From assembly GCA_007130365.1 (NCBI GenBank), contig SLSR01000233.1, forward strand, positions 1 through 34,965: a stretch of DNA of 34,965 bases, given 5' to 3'. Shown here piece by piece: positions 26,539-34,576 of this stretch. Every line of letters starts with the position of its first letter. Within the stretch, counting starts at the first letter, position 1. The position numbers and the translations under genes were made by a program. Under the pieces are notes generated by a model. It was not told the origin of the DNA, searched no databases, and saw only the letters and a list, made by a program, of their open reading frames with translations. The DNA comes from Lentisphaeria bacterium. Its GTDB lineage: Bacteria; Verrucomicrobiota; Lentisphaeria; Oligosphaerales; PUNB01.

Positions 26539-27180
26539 CTAAAGCAATTGCCCTGCCTGCTCGCGCCAGATCGCCCAAAGCCCGGCAAAGCCCAGGCGCC
26601 ATTCGCCGGTGACCGCCAGCGAAGCCAGGAAAACCAATCCGAGATTGAGCATAATGATTAGAGAGAACGAAAAGAAGACCCCATACTCCTGAAGATCGGT
26701 CTGCTCGCGCCGCAGGGCGAACCCGGTCATCCAAAGGTGATAGGCATAGGTCAGCCCGATGCCGCCAACCGCAAAACCGACATATTCCCGGGCCAGCAGC
26801 GGCTGCACCTGCCGCACAGCGAAATAGATGCCGCTCCAAAGCAGACTGTAGAGCGGAATGAAATAGGGGCCGAGGGCAATCCACAGATTGGGGTTCTCGA
26901 TTTCCACGCTGCCCCCGTGCAGCCCAACCCGAAACCGGCCGGTGCGCCGGCGAAACAGCTTGGCCAGCAGCCAATGGGTCAGTTCGTGCCCGAACACATA
27001 GAGCAGGCGAAACTTGCAGAGCAGCGCGAAGACCACCAGCCCCGCCCCCAGGCCGACACTGAAGGGGAAAAGCACGCCGCTGCGAGTGAAGTCCAAAGGC
27101 AGCAGGAACCAGGCCCGAACCACCCCGACCGAGGCGAACATGCACGGAGGAACCATGAACAGAAACAGGAATTTCTTCAT
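26539..27180 (-). CDS. Polytopic membrane protein with an HExxH motif (M50B / DUF3267-like putative zinc metalloprotease)
   Basis: 213 aa with several hydrophobic segments. GHELTHWLLAKL sits at the end of a TM segment. Family assignment is by eye only. Confidence 0.5.
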   Translation of the reverse strand: MKKFLFLFMVPPCMFASVGVVRAWFLLPLDFTRSGVLFPFSVGLGAGLVVFALLCKFRLLYVFGHELTHWLLAKLFRRRTGRFRVGLHGGSVEIENPNLWIALGPYFIPLYSLLWSGIYFAVRQVQPLLAREYVGFAVGGIGLTYAYHLWMTGFALRREQTDLQEYGVFFSFSLIIMLNLGLVFLASLAVTGEWRLGFAGLWAIWREQAGQLL

Positions 27181-27204
27181 GACAAATTCTTCACGGATTC
27201 AGGC

Positions 27205-27672
27205 TCAGGCCAGGGGCAGGGTCATATAGACATGCTCCACCGGGCTTCCGAAACCCTTGTCGCAAAAGAACTCGATGGCCGGCCGGTTGTCGGCCTGCGT
27301 GTCGACCACCAGGGTCTGCACTCCCGCCTCGGCCATCAGTTCCCGAAAATGATCGAAAAGCAGGCTGCCGACCCCGCATCGGGCGAATTCCGGTTCAACT
27401 CCAAGCCAGGCCAGGTGCCCGAACACACGGCCGGCCCGAACTTTCCTGATCACCGAGCCGATGGCGAAACCGACCACCCGAGCCCCGGACTCCGCCACCA
27501 ACATATTGTCGGGCTGCAGGTTGAACAGACTGGTGACCTCGAATTCATCCCATGTCCGATAAAGGTTGGACAGCTCCTTACGGGTAAACACCCGCTCGCC
27601 CAGATGAAAGATGATCGACAAATCATCGATGCAGGCCGGGCGAATCAGAATTTCCGGATTTTCCTGCTGCAT
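27205..27672 (-). CDS. GNAT-family N-acetyltransferase
   Basis: Internal ATG 27672 of track ORF 27205-27852, preceded by AAGGGAGCAGTATT. MQQENPEILIRPACIDDL...; the acetyl-CoA motif region is LGVEPEFARCGVGSLLFDHF. Confidence 0.85.
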   Translation of the reverse strand: MQQENPEILIRPACIDDLSIIFHLGERVFTRKELSNLYRTWDEFEVTSLFNLQPDNMLVAESGARVVGFAIGSVIRKVRAGRVFGHLAWLGVEPEFARCGVGSLLFDHFRELMAEAGVQTLVVDTQADNRPAIEFFCDKGFGSPVEHVYMTLPLA

Positions 27673-27733
27673 AATACTGCTCCCTTTTTGAGTTGTGTGA
27701 TGCTGGCGTCTTGCATCGGCAAGCCAGCCGGAA

Positions 27734-28474
27734 CTATCTCCGCCGGTTCCATTCGTCGCAGGCGTAGCGTTGGCAGGCCAGATCCCGCGCCGCGTCCAGA
27801 ATGGCGGAGACTTCTCCGATCTCGACAAACTCAATTCCCAGACTTCTGGCAAAACCCTCGCGCAAAATCACCTGCATGGTCGACCGGGGAATCGGCAGGG
27901 CGCGCCCGAAGTGAATGCTGCCCTGGTGCAGAATGCCGTCACCGGTCCGGCGCTGGGCGCTGCCGGCAATCTTGCGGCCGTCGGCCAGCAGGTCGTAGCG
28001 CGTCGGGTTGTCGAAGCAAACCATGGCTGCGCGCTCGGTCGAGCCGGGGATCTCCTGGTCGGCCAGAGCCGCCTCGACTTTGGCATCCCGCAGACCGCTC
28101 CGCACCGCCTCGTTGATTGCCCGATAGCTCTCGCGACGCGTCATGGCGGCGATCGGATGACTTGGCGGAATCGTGACCGTATAGGTGAAATCGTGGTCGT
28201 GACAGACTACGCCGCCGCCGGTCGGACGGCGCACCACGGCAAATCCGGGCCGCTCGGTCAACTCGATCTTTTGCGTATAGCCGATCGAAATGGCCGGACG
28301 GTCCCAGCCATAAAAGCGGAGCAGAGGTCTGCCCAGGCGAGACGACGCCCGCAGCAGAGCTTCGTCAATCGCCATGTTGAGCGCGGGAGTCCGGGCGCAG
28401 TCCGGCCAAAACCACCAGAAAGCGCTGATTTCCGCAGCGGAACCGCAAGTCGAATCCATGATCTCCTGTCCCAT
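27734..28474 (-). CDS. Biotin/lipoate A/B protein ligase family protein (LplA/LipM-like, catalytic domain only)
   Basis: 246 aa. FYGWDRPAISIGYTQ, VVRRPTGGGVVCHDHDFTY, GRKIAGSAQRR, HQGSI. There is no LplA C-terminal domain. Confidence 0.75.
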   Translation of the reverse strand: MGQEIMDSTCGSAAEISAFWWFWPDCARTPALNMAIDEALLRASSRLGRPLLRFYGWDRPAISIGYTQKIELTERPGFAVVRRPTGGGVVCHDHDFTYTVTIPPSHPIAAMTRRESYRAINEAVRSGLRDAKVEAALADQEIPGSTERAAMVCFDNPTRYDLLADGRKIAGSAQRRTGDGILHQGSIHFGRALPIPRSTMQVILREGFARSLGIEFVEIGEVSAILDAARDLACQRYACDEWNRRR

Positions 28475-28558
28475 TGTCCCACCGTCTCGGAGTGATCGCG
28501 GCGGCGGAATTTCTTTCGAATATCTCTCAACATAGCCCTTGCCGCGCCATAGGCAAAA

Positions 28559-29611
28559 TCAGGCGGCGCAGACAAAATGGCGCCCTTCCCTGAATCCGGC
28601 CTGGCGCAGACGCCGCCGGATATCCTCGCGCGCCCCGCGACTTCCCACGCAGGCCACCACGAAATGTTGCTCGGGATCCAAGGCCTGCCGGCCGTCCAGC
28701 ACCGGACGGCCATGGACAACCTGCCCGATTTTTTTCGGGTCGATCTCGACATAGGCCTGAATCCGCACGCCAAACTCGGCCAAAGGCTCAATCCGCTTCC
28801 GGGTTTCACGGCCCGCCCCCCAAATCGCCACCTCCGGATGCCGAGGATTGTGCGTGCGCAACCAGCGGGCAAGATATTCCGCCTTGCAGCGAAAGAAGGC
28901 GCGCGGACGATAGCGCGCGTCGGTTCGCGACAGACGAGTCGGCGGATCATTCCAGCGCAGAAGCGGCCGCCGGCACTTGCCCATGCGAACCCCGCCGTCG
29001 AGCCAGCGCAGCCACAACTCGTAATCCTCGGGGAAGTCGCCCTCCCGATAGCCTCCGAAACGGTCGACCAGAGATCGGCGAAAGACCACCGAGGGATGGG
29101 CGAACGGCGATTCGACAAACCGGTTGAGGGCAATCTCCGCCGGCTCCACCAGTGAATTCAGCCAGTCGACATAGAGGGCGTAGCCCCGATGAAGCTCGCG
29201 ATCCCCGCCGAACTCGACCAGGCTGCCGACCAGGCCAAGATCCGGATGCTCCGCCAGCCAGGCGACCTGTTCGGCAAAACGCTCGGGCGCGCAGACATCG
29301 TCGTCGTCCATGCGGGCGATCAGCGATCCGCGGGCGGCCTGCAAGCCCGCGTTCAAAGCGGCCGCGATGCCCTGGTGCGGGCGGAGCAGCGGGCGGATTC
29401 GCGCGTCTGACTTCTGGAACCGGCGCAGCACCTGCGGGGTCTCATCGGTTGAACCGTCGTCGACCACAACCGCCTCGAAATCGACAAAGGCCTGGTCGAG
29501 AACACTGCGCAAGGCGGCTTCCAGCCCCGAGGCGCCGTTGTAGACCGGCATAACCACGGAAAGAGCTGGCGCCCTGCGATCTTTCACAGTTTGAGAAATC
29601 ATCGTCGGCAA
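28559..29611 (-). CDS. Family 2 glycosyltransferase
   Basis: 350 aa. LSVVMPVYNG...AVVVDDGSTDET, and an acidic DxD-type motif (ARMDDDD). Confidence 0.85.
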   Translation of the reverse strand: MPTMISQTVKDRRAPALSVVMPVYNGASGLEAALRSVLDQAFVDFEAVVVDDGSTDETPQVLRRFQKSDARIRPLLRPHQGIAAALNAGLQAARGSLIARMDDDDVCAPERFAEQVAWLAEHPDLGLVGSLVEFGGDRELHRGYALYVDWLNSLVEPAEIALNRFVESPFAHPSVVFRRSLVDRFGGYREGDFPEDYELWLRWLDGGVRMGKCRRPLLRWNDPPTRLSRTDARYRPRAFFRCKAEYLARWLRTHNPRHPEVAIWGAGRETRKRIEPLAEFGVRIQAYVEIDPKKIGQVVHGRPVLDGRQALDPEQHFVVACVGSRGAREDIRRRLRQAGFREGRHFVCAA

Positions 29612-29627
29612 AGTATGTTAAATCTCC

Positions 29628-29672
29628 GCAAACACCGCGAACCGTCTTTCGCTTCGCGGTTTGCAATATAAT
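29628..29672 (+). promoter_or_regulatory. Near-perfect inverted repeat plus a TATAAT box in the divergent GT2 / PSP1 control region
   Basis: GCAAACACCGCGAA (29628-29641) and TTCGCGGTTTGC (29653-29664) are complementary apart from one bulged A, with 11 nt between them. TATAAT at 29667-29672 lies 32 nt upstream of ATG 29704. Confidence 0.3.
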
Positions 29673-29703
29673 CAGTCAAACCTGTTTGTTCGAGAGAAAA
29701 ACC

Positions 29704-30600
29704 ATGCCGGACATCATATACACAGTCGGGGTCGGCTCCGGCCTGCGCTACGATTGCGAAGCACCGGACGGAGCCCTCTACAAGGTTGGCGAAGCGGTGG
29801 TCATTCAACGCGAGCGCTGCCAGGACAATGGCGTGATCAGCGTCTTGCGCAAGCTGGAGGAGAAAGGCGGCGGCCGCCAGGAGCCCCGCCCCGCCGCCGC
29901 CAATGATCAGGATAAGAGCCATAAGGGTCAGGAGCGAAGCGACAACGGGCGCCGCCAATTGTCGCGCATCCTGCGTCGGCTCAACCTGAAGGATCAGGGC
30001 AGGGTTCACGAAAAGCAGGCGCGCGAGCATTCAATGCTGCAAACCGCGGCCCGCAAAGTGCGCGAGCACAACCTGCCGATGAAGCTGCTGAACTGCCACT
30101 ACACTTTCGACCGAAGCATGGCCTGCTTTCAGTTCGTGGCCGAAGGGCGGGTCGACTTTCGCAACCTGGTCAAGGATCTCTCGGGCGCTCTGCACACCCG
30201 GGTCGAACTGCGCCAGATTGGCGTTCGCGACGAAGCCTCGCTGGTCGGCGGCATCGGCTGTTGCGGCCGCCCCTTCTGCTGCGCCACGATCCTGGAAAAG
30301 TTTCCGGCGGTCAATGTCAGAGCCGCCAAAGATCAGCGCCTGTCACTCAATCCGAACAGCGTATCCGGCAGTTGCGGACGTCTGAAGTGTTGCCTGCGCT
30401 ACGAACTCGAAGGCTATCGCGAAATGAACCGGCAACTGCCCAGGGTCAACACCCGCTGCGAAACCGCGGAAGGCTGCGGAAAGATCGTCGACTGCAACGC
30501 GCTGACCAGGTGCGCCCGCGTCCGACTCGATGGCGAATCCGGCCGCTGCCTCGATCTGCCGGTGGACGAAATCAGGATCGAGGCGCGAAACAGGAAATAG
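29704..30600 (+). CDS. PSP1 domain protein (RicT/YaaT homologue)
   Basis: Start moved to ATG 29704 (MPDIIYTVGV...). It tracks B. subtilis YaaT by eye: VDFRNLVKDLSGALHTRVELRQIGVRDEA, CCGRPFCC, GRLKCCLRYE. A charged insertion (KLEEKGGGRQEPRPAAANDQDKSHKGQERSDNGRR) interrupts the N-terminal half. Confidence 0.85.
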   Translation: MPDIIYTVGVGSGLRYDCEAPDGALYKVGEAVVIQRERCQDNGVISVLRKLEEKGGGRQEPRPAAANDQDKSHKGQERSDNGRRQLSRILRRLNLKDQGRVHEKQAREHSMLQTAARKVREHNLPMKLLNCHYTFDRSMACFQFVAEGRVDFRNLVKDLSGALHTRVELRQIGVRDEASLVGGIGCCGRPFCCATILEKFPAVNVRAAKDQRLSLNPNSVSGSCGRLKCCLRYELEGYREMNRQLPRVNTRCETAEGCGKIVDCNALTRCARVRLDGESGRCLDLPVDEIRIEARNRK

Positions 30601-30679
30601 GCAACTGCCAAAGGCGAATTCCGCAGGGCGGTCTTCGCCGGCCGCGAAGAGACAATGCCAAACGACAGGAGAATCGATC

Positions 30680-31096
30680 ATGCATGCCGCATTCCGAAAA
30701 ATCACTGCACTGCTTGTCCTGCTGACGCTGACCGTTGGCGGCGCGGCGGCGGCCGAGTCCGTCCGCCGACACCCCGGAGACGATGCCGAAATCCGCCACA
30801 AGCTGCGGACGATCGTGCTTCCGCGCATCGACTTCGAGGAGGCGACAATCCATCAGGCGGTGCGCTTTCTGAGACAACGAAGCCGGGAGCTGGATCCGGA
30901 GAAGCGCGGGATCAATCTCGTCCTGCACCTGCGGGACGAGAACCGGGATCCGGCTCGCAACCGCATCACCCTGGAATTGAACAATGTGCCGCTCGGCCAG
31001 GCGATCATGCTGCTGTGCTTTGTTTCGGATCTTCATTTTCATATCGAACCGCACGCGGTGATCATCACCGACCGCCGCAGCCTCGAAAGAGAATAG
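30680..31096 (+). CDS. Small secreted protein with a secretin-N/STN-like module
   Basis: Internal ATG 30680 of track ORF 30530-31096, preceded by ACAGGAGAA. Signal peptide MHAAFRKITALLVLLTLTVGGAAAA. LPRIDFEEATIHQAVRFLRQ ... ITLELNNVPLGQAIMLLC recalls the repeated N-domains of PVC secretin-like proteins. Confidence 0.5.
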   Translation: MHAAFRKITALLVLLTLTVGGAAAAESVRRHPGDDAEIRHKLRTIVLPRIDFEEATIHQAVRFLRQRSRELDPEKRGINLVLHLRDENRDPARNRITLELNNVPLGQAIMLLCFVSDLHFHIEPHAVIITDRRSLERE

Positions 31097-31260
31097 CCGC
31101 AGAGGATAGTGAAATGGGCGAATCGAGTCTGCCGCAGCCTGACAACCTCCCGACCGGGATATAGGCCGCGCGGCAGCGGCCGGCGCAGCGGAGTGGCAAC
31201 CTCGCCCCGCCCTGCGCCATGCGAGGGTTTTGCCGTCTCCCGGAACCGCCGAGAAGGGAA

Positions 31261-32388
31261 ATGCCGATGATCGAGGTTCTCGCCAGTTTCGCGCTGGCCG
31301 TCGGGGTGCTGTGCGCGATCTGCGGCGGTCTGGCCGCTCTGCTGATCCTGGCCGACGGCTATTTCAACGACTATGGGGTGTGCGAAATCCGCATCAACGA
31401 CGATGCCGAAAAATGCCTGAAGATCGAAGGCGGGATGTCTTTGCTGTCGGCTCTGGGCAGCCGCAAAATATTCATCCCCTCGGCCTGCGGCGGCCGCGGC
31501 AGTTGCGGCCTGTGCAAACTGCGCGTGACCGAGGGTGCCGGCCCGCTGCTTCCGACCGAAACCCCGCACCTGACGCCGGGCGAACAGAAGAATGCAACTC
31601 GACTGTCCTGCCAGCTCAAGGTGCGCGGCGACATGGCGATCGAAATCCCCGAAAGCCTGTTCAAAATCAAGGAATACCAGGCGCGCTGCGAGAAAGTCGA
31701 AAAGCTGACCCACGACATCAGGCGGTTGCGCTTCAAGCTGCTCGATCCGGAAACCATATCGTTCACCCCCGGCCAGTACATTCAGCTTGAATGCCCCCCC
31801 TATCGCCTGACCTCGGAACCGGTCTATCGCGCCTATTCCATCGCCACCGACCCCGGCCGGAACCATATTGTCGAGCTGGTCGTGCGCCTGGTGCCGGACG
31901 GCATCTGCACCACCTGGATCTTCGAAGAGCTGCGGGAAGGCGACCAAGTCAAGCTGAACGGACCCTACGGCGACTTCAGGCTCGACACCGAGTCTCGGAA
32001 TGAGATGATCTTTATCGCCGGCGGCAGTGGCATGGCGCCGTTTCTGTCCATTCTGAAACAGATGGAGCAGGCCGGGGACGAACGCAAGTGCCGCTACTTT
32101 TTCGGGGCTCTGACCAAGCGCGACCTGTTCTGCCTCGAGGAAATGCGGGAGCTGGAGGGCGCATTGGCCGACTTCAAGTTCATCCCGGCGCTCAGTCAAC
32201 CGGCCGACGACGACCAGTGGGAGGGCGAGACCGGCCTGATCACCGAGGTCGTGGCGCGACACTATCGGGAATGCTCCAGCCAGCAGGCCTACCTCTGCGG
32301 CTCGCCCGGCATGATCGACGCCTGCATCAAGGTGCTGCAAGAGCGAAAGATGCCGGAAACCGCCATCTTCTATGACAAGTTCGCCTAG
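31261..32388 (+). CDS. nqrF: NqrF-like oxidoreductase (TM anchor + 2Fe-2S ferredoxin + FAD/NAD(P)-binding domain)
   Basis: Start at ATG 31261, preceded by GAGAAGGGAA. N-terminal TM; SACGGRGSCGLCKLRV plus a distal Cys (LSCQ); RAYSIA flavin motif; GGSGMAP nucleotide motif. No nqrA-E genes adjoin it. Confidence 0.8.
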   Translation: MPMIEVLASFALAVGVLCAICGGLAALLILADGYFNDYGVCEIRINDDAEKCLKIEGGMSLLSALGSRKIFIPSACGGRGSCGLCKLRVTEGAGPLLPTETPHLTPGEQKNATRLSCQLKVRGDMAIEIPESLFKIKEYQARCEKVEKLTHDIRRLRFKLLDPETISFTPGQYIQLECPPYRLTSEPVYRAYSIATDPGRNHIVELVVRLVPDGICTTWIFEELREGDQVKLNGPYGDFRLDTESRNEMIFIAGGSGMAPFLSILKQMEQAGDERKCRYFFGALTKRDLFCLEEMRELEGALADFKFIPALSQPADDDQWEGETGLITEVVARHYRECSSQQAYLCGSPGMIDACIKVLQERKMPETAIFYDKFA

Positions 32389-32389
32389 C

Positions 32390-32410
32390 CCGAATTTCTG
32401 CGAAATTCGG
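32390..32410 (+). terminator. Hairpin immediately after the nqrF-like stop
   Basis: CCGAATTT-CTGCG-AAATTCGG forms an 8-bp stem starting 2 nt after stop 32388. There is no adjacent T-run; the next bases are ACTAAAACAAAATTT. Confidence 0.35.
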
Positions 32411-32613
32411 ACTAAAACAAAATTTGAGGTTCCGGGGTTCGTTGACCGGATGACCAAATGACTGGATGGGAGGGGCGTGGTCAGGCCGCGTCATTTTGAG
32501 CATCTCGCCATCTGGTCATTTAGTCAATTTGTCGGATCACCGCGGCAAACAGCCAGACGATAGACTCGGCGCGGAAATTATTGAGGCCAGTTTTTCAAAC
32601 GGGGGCAACCATC

Positions 32614-33075
32614 ATGAAACGAGATCCGAAGGAAGAAACAATACGCCGGAGAATGGCGCCCGGCGTGCTGGCGCAGGACGGTTTTCTGGGGCACGATCAG
32701 CGCAGCCTGCAGGAGATCGTTGCCGAGGACTTGGCCGAACTGGCCGCCGCCGAAGTCTCGCTGGCCGAGCTGGGCGAATTCCTCGACCGCATCCACCAGA
32801 CCGCCGATGCCGGCCTCGAAACCACCTGCCCAATGTGCGACGGAGCGCTTTCGGTACGCCTCGCAGAGGGCATGGGGCGCATCCCCTGCCCCTTCGCCTG
32901 CGGCTTTCGCGCCCATAAAGGCATTGTCCACGTCCAGGCCGGCAGCCTTTCCCATCGCCTGACCCCCCTGCAGATCCACCTGATCAAGGAGCACGGCTTC
33001 TTTCAGGGGCGGGGGGCGCCCTTCCGCCTTTCCCCGCGCCAACTGGCCGAGCTCTACCGGAAATGCGGCTCTTGA
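32614..33075 (+). CDS. Conserved-looking hypothetical protein with a Cys4 (CPMC ... CPFAC) putative metal site
   Basis: Internal ATG 32614 of track ORF 32581-33075. Third codon positions are strongly G/C, as in the neighbouring genes. Motifs TTCPMCDG, IPCPFACGF, LIKEHGFFQG. No family recognised. Confidence 0.6.
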   Translation: MKRDPKEETIRRRMAPGVLAQDGFLGHDQRSLQEIVAEDLAELAAAEVSLAELGEFLDRIHQTADAGLETTCPMCDGALSVRLAEGMGRIPCPFACGFRAHKGIVHVQAGSLSHRLTPLQIHLIKEHGFFQGRGAPFRLSPRQLAELYRKCGS

Positions 33076-33115
33076 CGGTTTTCCGCATTTTGCAGATTCC
33101 TGTGAAGAGCCGCAA

Positions 33116-34504
33116 TTAATCAGACTGAGCAAGCCGGCGATACAGCGTGTTTCTGGTGATCCCGAGAATCTCCGCCGCCTTCCGCTTGTTGCCCTCGACC
33201 TGGGTCAGAACGTGTTCGATATAGCTCTGCTCGACTTCCGCCAGAGTAGGCGGCACGGGGCGGGTGAAAAACTCGGACCAGGCGAAAGATTCCGGCGGCT
33301 TGATCTTCCCGTCCGGATGGCGCAGCCGACTCGGCAGGTGTTCGGGACGAATTCGCGACTCATGGCAGAAAGTCACGGCTCGCTCGATCGCGTTTTGCAG
33401 CTCGCGCACATTGCCGGGATAGCTGTGGCGTCGGAGCAGTTCGAGAGCCGGGTCGGAGAATCCCTGAATCTGCTTGCCCATGCGGGCGTTGAAAATGGTC
33501 AGAAAGCGGGCGGCCAACAGTTCCAGGTCGGTATCCCGGTCGCGCAGCGGCGGCACCCGCAGAGTAAACGTCTCCAACCGGTAGAACAGGTCTTCGCGAA
33601 TCCTGCCCTCGCCCATCGCAGCCTCCAAGTCCTGATGCGTGGCGGCCAGCACCCTGACATCGACCCGCTGCTCGCGGTTGGCGCCGACCGGCCGCACCCG
33701 GCCGTCCTGCAGAATGCGCAACAGCTTGGACTGCAGCGAAAGCGGCATTTCGGCAATCTCGTCAAGCAGCAAGGTGCCGCCTTCGGCCTCGCGAAACAAT
33801 CCCGAACGCTCCTCGCGCGCCCCGGTGAAGGAGCCCGCCGCATGGCCAAAGAACTCGCTTTCCATCAGGGTTTCCGGAATTCCCGCGCAGTTGACCGCGA
33901 GAAACGGGCAGTCCCTCCGTTCGCTGCACTGGTGAAGAGCCCGCGCCACCAACTCTTTGCCGACTCCGCTTTCGCCTTGAATCAGAACCGGACCGCTGGC
34001 CGTGGCCATTTGCTTTATCTGTTCGAAAAGCGTGAGCATCGGCCGACTTTTGCCGTAGATGCCGTGAAAAGTCTCTTCCTCGAAGGCCTGGCGGAAGCTT
34101 TCGACCTGTCGGCGCAGCCAGCGCGTTTCCAAAAGACCGGTCATGCGGTGGATAAAATGATGCAAGTCCAGAGGCTTGGTCAAAAAGTCGTCGGCGCCGG
34201 CTTTCAAGGCCTCGACCGCCTGGGAAATCGTGCCGAAAGCCGTGATCACCAGAAAGGCCGGAGCACCCGGCTCGCTTTTCACCCGCGACATCAACTCCAG
34301 GCCGTCGGCTCCGGGCAGACGCAGATCGCTGACCACCAAATCCGGCCCCCAGCGCGACAGCAGAGGGGTCGCCTGTTCGGCGCTGGACACCCAGCGCGCC
34401 CGCAGGCCGGCTTCGACTATCTCCTCGGCCAGAAGTTCGGCCAACCCTTGGTGGTCTTCGACAATCAACACCTTCATGTTCTTGATCCGAGGTCGTTCGC
34501 CCAT
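33116..34504 (-). CDS. Sigma54-dependent response regulator (NtrC family)
   Basis: REC domain (MKVLIVEDH..., VVSDLRLPG), AAA+ domain (GESGVGKE, GSFTGA, ESEFFGH), and a C-terminal Fis-type HTH (AAEILGITRNTLYRRL). The start is ATG 34504 or 34477; the track's 34561 start looks too long. Confidence 0.9.
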   Translation of the reverse strand: MGERPRIKNMKVLIVEDHQGLAELLAEEIVEAGLRARWVSSAEQATPLLSRWGPDLVVSDLRLPGADGLELMSRVKSEPGAPAFLVITAFGTISQAVEALKAGADDFLTKPLDLHHFIHRMTGLLETRWLRRQVESFRQAFEEETFHGIYGKSRPMLTLFEQIKQMATASGPVLIQGESGVGKELVARALHQCSERRDCPFLAVNCAGIPETLMESEFFGHAAGSFTGAREERSGLFREAEGGTLLLDEIAEMPLSLQSKLLRILQDGRVRPVGANREQRVDVRVLAATHQDLEAAMGEGRIREDLFYRLETFTLRVPPLRDRDTDLELLAARFLTIFNARMGKQIQGFSDPALELLRRHSYPGNVRELQNAIERAVTFCHESRIRPEHLPSRLRHPDGKIKPPESFAWSEFFTRPVPPTLAEVEQSYIEHVLTQVEGNKRKAAEILGITRNTLYRRLAQSD

Positions 34505-34576
34505 AGTGCCCCCGATTGTACTATTGTATTGAAGAATGCTCTGCCCTCCCCGCGCAACCACAGCCCAACAGGCAGT

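Noticed and set aside
26236-26661. 141-aa + strand ORF with a hydrophobic segment, in the gap next to tRNA-Val
   Set aside because: Third codon positions are far less G/C-biased than in neighbouring genes, there is no convincing RBS, and its last ~120 nt run antisense into the membrane HExxH-protein gene.
31039-32457. 472-aa minus-strand ORF opposite the NqrF-like gene
   Set aside because: Antisense shadow. The + strand carries the 2Fe-2S, FAD and NAD motifs of NqrF.
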